A model generated the notes under the pieces. It did not search any database and was not told the DNA's origin. It saw only the letters and a program-made list of their open reading frames with translations. Position numbers and translations under genes: made by a program. A DNA stretch of 6,614 nucleotides, from the NCBI GenBank assembly GCA_964426185.1, contig CAYRPF010000037.1, positions 1-6,614 of the forward strand, in the 5' to 3' direction. Source of the DNA: an uncultured archaeon. Lineage in GTDB: Archaea; Asgardarchaeota; Lokiarchaeia; Sigyniarchaeales; Promethearchaeaceae. Positions 1 to 6,607 of the stretch are shown here, piece by piece (the first letter of the stretch is position 1; each line of letters opens with the position of its first letter).

Positions 1-29
1 TTGGATTGATTATAGTATATTGTTCTAAA

Positions 30-1232
30 TTATTTATTATTTTTGCGCATTTGAGGAATATATTTATCCAACAAACTCAGTAATTTATCAACATGTTCTT
101 TTTCAGTCCAACGCCCCAGACTGAACCGTAGAGAACCAGCTGCTTCATCTGGTGTTAAACCAATCCCTAAAAGTACTCGAGAAGGGTTGGTATCTCCCGC
201 ATGGCAAGCAGCACCTACCGAACAAGCCACTCCTGCCATGTCGAGCTTTACCATTAAATCGTAAGCATAAATATCTTGAAAACAAATATTTACGTTATGG
301 GGCAATCGATTTTTCCATGAACCGTTAAGTTTAGTTTCTGGAATTTCTTTAAGAATATGAGAGATTAAGTAATCCCGAAAATTTCTAAGCCGAGTATATT
401 CATCATCAAAATCAGATTGAGCAATTTCCACCGCTTTTGCCATTCCAATTACTCCAGGAATATTTTCTGTGGCAGGTCGCATGTTGAATTCTTGAGATCC
501 CCCATACATCAAAGGACGAAGATATTTGCGAGCAGTTGATACGTTTTTTTCAGTGTTTGGGTCATTTCTAATATAAAGAAATCCAACACCTTTAGGACCA
601 TAAAATTTGTGCGCGCTAACAGATAACATATCGATATTTTCTTTCTGAACATCGATTTTCACTTTAGTGAAAGCCTGCACAGCATCGGTATGGAACATAA
701 TACCTGCTTTTCGGGCAACTTTTCCGATTTCTTCAATGGGATTAATGGTCCCGATTTCATTATTAGCATACATTATGGAAATTAGCGCAGTATTCTCACG
801 AATCGCTTCTTGAATTTGCTGTGGTGAGATGGATCCATTAGAATCAACCTGTAGATAAGTTACTTCAAATCCTTGACGTTCCATAAATTTAGCGGTTTCA
901 AAAACAGCAGGATGTTCAATATTTGAAATGATTAAATGGGGAGTAATATTTGGATGTTCTTCATGGTACTTGAAAAGACGGCCTTGTATTGCCAAATTAT
1001 CGGCTTCCGATCCCCCAGATGTAAAAATTATCTCTTCACTTTTACAGTTGAGAAATTGAGCACACATATTTCGAGCCCAGCTAATCCCTTCATAAGCTGC
1101 CAATCCATCGGAATGAGCAGATCCTGCGTTTCCGAATTTTTGAAGATAATATTCATCCATAATCTTTACCACATCTGGATGAACGGGTGTGGTTGCATTG
1201 TAATCGAAATAAATACGGTTATAATCTTTCAT
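30..1232 (-). CDS. iscS: Group I PLP-dependent cysteine desulfurase (NifS/IscS family), with a selenocysteine-lyase-like active-site loop
   Basis: 400 aa with all aminotransferase class V/NifS motifs in order: IYFDYNATTP, FTSGGSEADN, IEHPAV, ANNEIG, FHTDAVQ, PLP lysine in SAHK209FYGPKG, GGSQE..RPATEN, catalytic Cys343 in SVGAACHAG, and SLRFSLGR. The family is secure; the exact symbol and substrate (iscS, nifS or SCLY-like) are less so. Confidence 0.92.
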   Translation of the reverse strand: MKDYNRIYFDYNATTPVHPDVVKIMDEYYLQKFGNAGSAHSDGLAAYEGISWARNMCAQFLNCKSEEIIFTSGGSEADNLAIQGRLFKYHEEHPNITPHLIISNIEHPAVFETAKFMERQGFEVTYLQVDSNGSISPQQIQEAIRENTALISIMYANNEIGTINPIEEIGKVARKAGIMFHTDAVQAFTKVKIDVQKENIDMLSVSAHKFYGPKGVGFLYIRNDPNTEKNVSTARKYLRPLMYGGSQEFNMRPATENIPGVIGMAKAVEIAQSDFDDEYTRLRNFRDYLISHILKEIPETKLNGSWKNRLPHNVNICFQDIYAYDLMVKLDMAGVACSVGAACHAGDTNPSRVLLGIGLTPDEAAGSLRFSLGRWTEKEHVDKLLSLLDKYIPQMRKNNK

Positions 1233-1298
1233 GTTTCATATTAAAGAATACGGTTTTATCTACTTATGCTCACATATCTATTCAAGAAAATATAAGGT

Positions 1299-3386
1299 TT
1301 AATTGCTTTTCTTTAGGATAATTTTCCTTTTTTGAGAATTTTGATTTGAATTTTTATCGATTTTCTTGTTTGAATTTCGGGATTTCTTTGATTTCTTTAA
1401 TTCTTGCTGTTTAAAGTAGTTTTGAATTGTTTGAGCAATTTTCTGCCCAACCACGCTTCTTAAATCATCATAGGATGCTTTTCGAATTTCTTTCACGCTT
1501 CCAAAAAATCTGAGCAATTTTTGTTTCCTAGCGGGTCCAATTCCAGGAATTTCATCCAATTCTGACTTAGATTGGCGTTTTTGGCGTAATTTTTGATGAT
1601 ATCGATTGGCAAATCTATGAGATTCATCTCTTAAATGCTGAATCAACTGTAAAGCGGGAGAATCTAAAGGAAGATTAATGATTTCGTTGGAATTAGAAAG
1701 AATTATTGTAGGTGGAGTTAATTTTTCACTTCTCCCTTCGGGTTTCACCAAACCGATATGGGGAATATGATCCAATTGCAACTTTTGGAGTAATTGATGA
1801 GCCATATTTAGTTGCGCTTTGCCACCGTCAACTACAATCAAATCGGGAAACTCTTCTTCCTTTATCGCCCGATGGTATCTACGTTCCATTACTTCGCGCA
1901 TGGCAGCCACGTCATCCGGTCTTGTTATGGTTTTAACCCTATAGTGCCTGTAGTGTGATTTACTAGGTTGCCCATCTACAAATTGAACCATGGAACCAGT
2001 ATAATCCGTACCTTGAAAATGAGCCATATCAAAACCTTCAATGATTGAAGGTGGTTGTCCTAAGTGTAAAATTTCTTGCAGTTCAGCCAAACCTTGTTGA
2101 ATTCTGTTAATATAATTCTGCATTTGATGATGAGAAGATAAATACTTATCATATTCATCTTGCTGTCGAATTAGTAATTCAATATTCTTTTGAGCTATTC
2201 GCTCTAATCCAGCCGTTTTATCTTCTTCTGATGGAGAACGAAATGTGAGCAGTTTTCCTTTTATTTTTGCTTGTTTTTGCAATGTAGATTTAAGAGATTT
2301 AGGTAAATCTTCTCTTAATACAATTTCATCTGGAAAGGGCACATCAGGTCGCAGATAATGCTGCTGGATGAATTCGATTAAATATTTATTAGGATTTGTT
2401 AATTTTTGGTCGATATTCACGACATAGGGTGTTTTACTAAGTAATTTTCCCTTTCTAACATGAATAATAATCATTCCAGCACGACTTTTCGAGATACTGC
2501 CTGCAATTACGTCTATATCTTTTATTTGAATTCCATTAGAACTTAAATCATGTGTTCTTAACATTTTTTCACGATTTTTACTATTAGATAATGATAGAGT
2601 GAAGATAGACTGACTTTTAGTAAAAATTTCGAGTGCATGAAGCTGATCTCGGATTACTGCAGCTTCTTCAAATTTAAGGCTTGTAGAAGCAGTAGTCATG
2701 CGTTCTCTCAGTATCGAAGCAACAAAATCGACATTTCCGCTAAGTAATTCCTCTATATGGTAAATATTCTGCATATAATCCTTAGAAGAGATTTTTCCGC
2801 AGCAAGGACCGGGACAGAGTTTTAATTGATAATTAACACATGGGCGAGTTTTTGGATTTGGTATGACCGTTTTTTTGCATGTACAATATGGAAAAATCTT
2901 ACGGATATAGCGTAGAAATCGTTTTAAATCTCCAGCATCAACAAAAGGGCCGATATATTTATGATTTAATACATTTTTGGCAGGATTTCGAATGATTCGG
3001 ATTCGAGGAAATGGTTCATTAGTAATTTGAACCCAAGGGAAGGATTTATCATCCTTTAAATCCACATTGTATTCAGGTTGGTGTTTTTTAATCAGTTCAT
3101 TTTCGAGTAAAATCGCTTCCATTTCATTCTCGACGACAAAAACATCAATATCAGCAATATTACCTACTAATCGGTGAATTTTTTTAACATAGAAGAGATC
3201 CTCAGATGAACTTCGAGACATCCAATATGAATTTACCCGTTTTTTCAAAGATTTAGCTTTTCCAATATAGAGTACCTTTCCCTCAGAATTTTTAAAAAGA
3301 TAACACCCAGGTTTATCCGGGAGATTCTTCCGTTTAAACTCTAAGGGAGAAATTGGTTCAGAGGGAAAAGAAACGGGTGTGTCCAT
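1299..3386 (-). CDS. uvrC: Excinuclease ABC subunit C (UvrC)
   Basis: N-terminal GIY-YIG nuclease (PGCYLF..LYIGKAKSLKKRVNSY, LLENELIKKHQPEYN, KDDKSFP), Cys-rich region, UVR domain (LKFEEAAVIRDQL), RNase H-like nuclease (IEGFDMAH, DDVAAMREVMERRY, PDLIVVDGGKAQL, LRDESHRFA) and HhH domain (LDEIPGIGPARKQKLLRFFGS). The ORF extends to ATG 3425, but its first 13 codons (MNSFLIFHRIVIF) look like AT-rich intergenic sequence, so ATG 3386 is preferred. The start is uncertain. Residue numbers elsewhere use the 708-aa ORF. Confidence 0.96.
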   Translation of the reverse strand: MDTPVSFPSEPISPLEFKRKNLPDKPGCYLFKNSEGKVLYIGKAKSLKKRVNSYWMSRSSSEDLFYVKKIHRLVGNIADIDVFVVENEMEAILLENELIKKHQPEYNVDLKDDKSFPWVQITNEPFPRIRIIRNPAKNVLNHKYIGPFVDAGDLKRFLRYIRKIFPYCTCKKTVIPNPKTRPCVNYQLKLCPGPCCGKISSKDYMQNIYHIEELLSGNVDFVASILRERMTTASTSLKFEEAAVIRDQLHALEIFTKSQSIFTLSLSNSKNREKMLRTHDLSSNGIQIKDIDVIAGSISKSRAGMIIIHVRKGKLLSKTPYVVNIDQKLTNPNKYLIEFIQQHYLRPDVPFPDEIVLREDLPKSLKSTLQKQAKIKGKLLTFRSPSEEDKTAGLERIAQKNIELLIRQQDEYDKYLSSHHQMQNYINRIQQGLAELQEILHLGQPPSIIEGFDMAHFQGTDYTGSMVQFVDGQPSKSHYRHYRVKTITRPDDVAAMREVMERRYHRAIKEEEFPDLIVVDGGKAQLNMAHQLLQKLQLDHIPHIGLVKPEGRSEKLTPPTIILSNSNEIINLPLDSPALQLIQHLRDESHRFANRYHQKLRQKRQSKSELDEIPGIGPARKQKLLRFFGSVKEIRKASYDDLRSVVGQKIAQTIQNYFKQQELKKSKKSRNSNKKIDKNSNQNSQKRKIILKKSN

Positions 3387-3428
3387 GAATATCACAATCC
3401 TATGAAATATGAGAAAAGAATTCATATT

Positions 3429-3488
3429 AAAAAAAAAAGGGCTCGCAATTAATTTTTTGAAATCTCATTGACATAGAAGTAAAAAAAA
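3429..3488 (-). terminator. Candidate archaeal-type oligo-T terminators downstream of the HEAT-nitrilase gene
   Basis: Minus-strand T8 (3481-3488) and T10 (3429-3438) tracts, about 43 and 93 nt after the stop at 3531, with no strong GC hairpin. Confidence 0.4.
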
Positions 3489-3530
3489 TCTTGTATTAAA
3501 GATACTGAAAGCACCGGAAGTTAAGAAAAT

Positions 3531-6257
3531 TCATTTTTTGTTATTCGCAAAATATAAGCTTTCAGGTACTTTGTACTCCCATTTTAACATTCCCTCGGTA
3601 AATTCAGCTTGCAATGAATTTTCTTCTGATTTACCATAAAGATATACTCCCGTCCCACCAAATTGACCAGTATTTACATAAAGAATTGGAATTTTAATCT
3701 CTTCTGCTAAAGAATTTAGAAATTCTTGTTCGTTTTTAGTCCAATAGCCGTTATTCAAGAAGACCACAAAATTTAAGTGCTTCTGCTCGGTGATAAAAGG
3801 CAAAAATTGCGAATGCTCTTTAATATCTTCTCCAATGAGAATTAAAAATCTTCCGAATGGTGAATTAAATATTCTAAGCACAGGAGGCTTGGTTAAGTTG
3901 ATATTTTCCTTCCATTCATCTAAATGGCGTTCAGTGGGTGGTAATATGGTAGGACTGTTTTTTTCTTGGTATACCATATCATTTGCTAAAGGAGATATTA
4001 CGAATGCACGATTAAGGAATTTTCCTTCACTTTTTGAAGCGATCGTTTCACATCCAGTAATAATGAATATGTTGAATCGATCAGCAAACTGTTGCAATTT
4101 GCTCAAATAACTTTCGGGCATGGAAGTTTCGGGAAAGATTATAACATGGTTTCCTTCATATATTGCATCATCTAGATACCCGATAACCTTTGGTTTTGAG
4201 CGCATTTGGATGGATTCTTTAGTAAACTGCAAAATATGATTACGACGGAAAAGTTCATAATTGTAATATCGTTGAATATGTCTCTCCAATATTGTTCTAT
4301 TATCTTCTATCATACTTTGGCGGGGTGATCCCTTTAGATACTGAACTAATGCTATATTGACCTTTTTTCCTGTATACATAGTCATATCAGAATCTAGTGT
4401 TATTTCCTCAAGAATAAAATTGCGTTTGGTCTCTTGGGTCATTTTTAAGTGGCGTTGAATAATCTCGTCATCTTCTTCGCGGAAAACAGGTTCAATATCT
4501 ACTGTGGTGGGAGAAACTACTAGATCTTCAATAGAACGAAGGGTAAATTCTTGTTCTTCATCTATCCTTAATTCTAAAGGTTCAATCTGCATAATTATAT
4601 TACCAATAATCTCAATATCATCCTTCAATTGCTCAATTTCATGAAGCGCGGCATCTAAAGTTAAACCACGTTTGTTGATTTGAATAAATTTTTCATTTAA
4701 TCGATTTTGAGGTTCGGAAAGAAGAGGGCGTAAATCTTCAGGGAGTTTTTTCTCCAATAAAAGAATTTTTAAACCCAAGTCTTGGAAATGTTGGATAAAT
4801 TGTCCTTTATTTTTACTTTTAAATATTTGATTGTATACTTCTAAAACTTGCCAATAACCTTTTGAAATGAAAGTCTGATTTCCAATCATTCGTGCAGCAT
4901 TGTCCAGATGTTCATAAATTTCCTTAAATTCCAGTTTTGAAGTTGTGTAGTTCTTTTTTGCAATTTTTTCTAGCACCATACATCCTTTACTGGATGCGAT
5001 ATAAAAAGGTTGACGAAATTCCCAGGTGAGAGATTCTTCACTCGCTTTTTGAAAGTATTGACTGGCTTTATTATATTTTTTTTCACTTAAGGTAATTTTA
5101 GCTAAACTTTCGGCGGCCGCAGCACGTACACTCAATTCTTTATGATTCAACAGCTTGGATAGAGGTCGAACGGCATGATTTAAGAAATAAAATGGCACAT
5201 TAGATATATTATTTCCTTCAATTTTACCTAAAGCCCGCACTCCCGCTACTAATATTTCAGGGGTTTTTTCTTTTTTAAGTAGGTTTATTATGGGTTTTGA
5301 AGCTGTTTTATCCAATAACATCCCAAGAGCATTGCAAATTTCTTCTCTAATTTGTGGATTCTCATCTGTTAACAATTCTATTAAAGGTTCAACTGCAATA
5401 GCATCGCCTAGCTTACCAAGAGCATTTGCTGCAGTTTCTCGAATTTCAGGACTTGGATCATGGAGTCGATCAATAAACTGGCGAACAGTAGCTGGATCTT
5501 TAATATCACTTAGCGCAGATGCACAAGCTCTTCGAACATAACTATCTTCATCATTTAATATATCTAATAGTGGTTCAATGATTTCAGGACTTTTTGTTTG
5601 TCCTAATGAAAGCACAGCATATTGACGAAATCGTGGATTATCGGATTGAAGGAGTTTTACTAATGGTTCAATAATTCTTTTATCTTTTTGACCTAATGGT
5701 CCTAGTGTCAAAATTGCCATTTGCTTAACTGCATCATCAGTTTCAGATTCAAGCAGTTCAATTATAGGCTCTACAGAACGTGGATCACCCAAATTTGATA
5801 ATGCAACTAATGCATTAATCCTAACTTGTGGATTTTTATCTTCTAAACATTCAATTAAAGGAAATAAACTATTTTTATCTTCGATTAAACCAAGAGCTAG
5901 CACTGCTGCTGCCCTAATTTCATCATGAGGATCCGATAAGATCTTAATTAAGGGTTTTACGGCAGATGCAGATCTAAATTCTGATAATGTCTTGATCGCT
6001 GCGAGCTGAACATTAACGTCTTCGTCAGATATTGCAGTAATAATTGGATTAACGATTTTATCAGTAGCCGGTTGAACGCTTAAAGAAAGTATCGCTGCTT
6101 CACGAATTTTGGGATTTTCATCTAATAAAAGATTTAATAGTGGTTCAATGATAGACTCATCATCATAAATCATGCCCAATCTTTTTATTGCGAGCAGTTT
6201 AGAATTCAAATCATCACTTTGAAGTTGTTGTAGTAATAAAGAAACTTGTTGGCTCAT
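3531..6257 (-). CDS. HEAT-repeat protein fused to a C-terminal nitrilase/carbon-nitrogen hydrolase-like domain (probably non-canonical or inactive)
   Basis: 908-aa intact ORF. aa ~5-390: about 12 HEAT-like repeats. aa ~391-630: helical/acidic region. aa ~631-900: CN-hydrolase motifs in correct order (VNIALVQ, VIIFPE710, FIITG, FLNRAFVI, YQEK766, IFNSPFGRFLILIG809ED, ILYVNTGQFGGTGVY). Confidence 0.85.
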   Translation of the reverse strand: MSQQVSLLLQQLQSDDLNSKLLAIKRLGMIYDDESIIEPLLNLLLDENPKIREAAILSLSVQPATDKIVNPIITAISDEDVNVQLAAIKTLSEFRSASAVKPLIKILSDPHDEIRAAAVLALGLIEDKNSLFPLIECLEDKNPQVRINALVALSNLGDPRSVEPIIELLESETDDAVKQMAILTLGPLGQKDKRIIEPLVKLLQSDNPRFRQYAVLSLGQTKSPEIIEPLLDILNDEDSYVRRACASALSDIKDPATVRQFIDRLHDPSPEIRETAANALGKLGDAIAVEPLIELLTDENPQIREEICNALGMLLDKTASKPIINLLKKEKTPEILVAGVRALGKIEGNNISNVPFYFLNHAVRPLSKLLNHKELSVRAAAAESLAKITLSEKKYNKASQYFQKASEESLTWEFRQPFYIASSKGCMVLEKIAKKNYTTSKLEFKEIYEHLDNAARMIGNQTFISKGYWQVLEVYNQIFKSKNKGQFIQHFQDLGLKILLLEKKLPEDLRPLLSEPQNRLNEKFIQINKRGLTLDAALHEIEQLKDDIEIIGNIIMQIEPLELRIDEEQEFTLRSIEDLVVSPTTVDIEPVFREEDDEIIQRHLKMTQETKRNFILEEITLDSDMTMYTGKKVNIALVQYLKGSPRQSMIEDNRTILERHIQRYYNYELFRRNHILQFTKESIQMRSKPKVIGYLDDAIYEGNHVIIFPETSMPESYLSKLQQFADRFNIFIITGCETIASKSEGKFLNRAFVISPLANDMVYQEKNSPTILPPTERHLDEWKENINLTKPPVLRIFNSPFGRFLILIGEDIKEHSQFLPFITEQKHLNFVVFLNNGYWTKNEQEFLNSLAEEIKIPILYVNTGQFGGTGVYLYGKSEENSLQAEFTEGMLKWEYKVPESLYFANNKK
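3558..4367 (-). other. Nitrilase-superfamily (CN hydrolase) fold domain within the 908-aa protein
   Basis: Motif order matches the superfamily: beta1 ending in Q (IALVQ), the xxFPE catalytic Glu (codon 4128-4130), a G-containing strand, N-x-A-x-(V/I), the catalytic Lys (codon 3960-3962), a 'T/SPFGRxGxxICxD'-like segment (here SPFGRFLILIGED; Gly codon 3831-3833) and a late N...G-x-S/T motif. Recognised by eye, not by HMM. Confidence 0.8.
5088..6245 (-). repeat. Protein-level tandem HEAT (PBS-lyase HEAT-like) repeats, about 12 units of ~31 aa
   Basis: Recurring consensus (A/I)(V/I)EPL(I/L)xLLxD(E/P)(D/N)PxVRxxA(A/V)xALGx(I/L) beginning near aa 5, 36, 68, 99, 130, 161, 195, 226, 257, 288, 319 and 362. 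The units are diverged at DNA level. Confidence 0.92.
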
Positions 6258-6326
6258 TGTATTGATTTTTCAACCCCATTATTGATATTATATTTACTGT
6301 ATAACTTTTTATTAGCTTCTCTTTAG

Positions 6327-6340
6327 TATAAAGCTTTCTT
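6327..6340 (-). promoter_or_regulatory. Candidate archaeal BRE + TATA box for the HEAT-nitrilase gene
   Basis: The minus strand reads AAGAAAGC-TTTATA (purine-rich BRE followed by TTTATA) about 70 nt upstream of ATG 6257. A second, weaker AAAAAG-TTATAC lies at ~6299-6310. The AT-rich context makes chance matches possible. Confidence 0.4.
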
Positions 6341-6412
6341 CTTTGCCATGCAATAGAATGAAATGAAGTGATTTTTTGTAACTATTAATTGGAATGGATT
6401 ACTTTCTATATT

Positions 6413-6607
6413 ATGGGCATTTTTAAGGCGCTTAAGCGTAAATCTAAAAAACCAACAATTAAACTCTGTCCGCAATGCGAGCAACCCACAATTTCACGCA
6501 CTGCGGTGGGACAGTTTACAAATGTGGATTATTATGTCTGTAGTAATTGTAATTATCAAGGTTCATTTTATATTGAAATGGAATTACCTGAGAAGAAGGA
6601 CTCTTAA
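6413..6607 (+). CDS. Small zinc-ribbon protein (CPxC-x20-CxxC-x-Y-x-G), function unknown
   Basis: MGIFKALKRKSKKPTIKLCPQC-x20-CSNCNYQG..., 64 aa from ATG 6413 (the ORF track uses TTG 6389), stop TAA 6605-6607. Two Cys knuckles, a basic N-terminus and an acidic C-terminus, as in archaeal one-domain CPxCG-like zinc-finger microproteins. Confidence 0.8.
   Translation: MGIFKALKRKSKKPTIKLCPQCEQPTISRTAVGQFTNVDYYVCSNCNYQGSFYIEMELPEKKDS

Noticed and set aside
936-1244. 102-aa plus-strand ORF
   Set aside because: Antisense to the well-supported desulfurase gene, with no recognisable motif; a shadow ORF.
1212-1255. Direct repeat AATACGGTT at 1212-1220 and 1247-1255 flanking the desulfurase start
   Set aside because: Only two 9-bp copies, one inside coding sequence; not distinguishable from chance and not a CRISPR or target-site duplication pattern.
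1712-1936. 74-aa plus-strand ORF
   Set aside because: Lies wholly antisense to the conserved RNase H-like domain of uvrC; no motifs.
3465-3533. Possible TGA read-through (Sec recoding) fusing the HEAT-nitrilase gene toward uvrC
   Set aside because: Read-through reaches another TGA after 21 codons of intergenic-looking sequence, and no SECIS-like hairpin was recognised.
3790-4110. 106-aa plus-strand ORF
   Set aside because: Antisense to the nitrilase-like domain; composition typical of a shadow frame.
5290-5541. 83-aa plus-strand ORF
   Set aside because: Antisense to the HEAT repeats; Ser-rich shadow translation.
5088-6245. Recurring DNA words (e.g. TAATAGTGGTTCAATGAT near 5565 and 6135) suggesting a nucleotide repeat array
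   Set aside because: Explained by the protein HEAT repeats (IIEPLL); no independent DNA-level repeat-spacer structure.
3531-6257. Calling the 908-aa protein a phycobiliprotein lyase, deoxyhypusine hydroxylase or importin
   Set aside because: The repeats are generic, the His-Glu iron-binding motifs of deoxyhypusine hydroxylase are absent from them, there is no phycobilisome context, and the ~31-aa period is shorter than karyopherin HEAT/ARM repeats.
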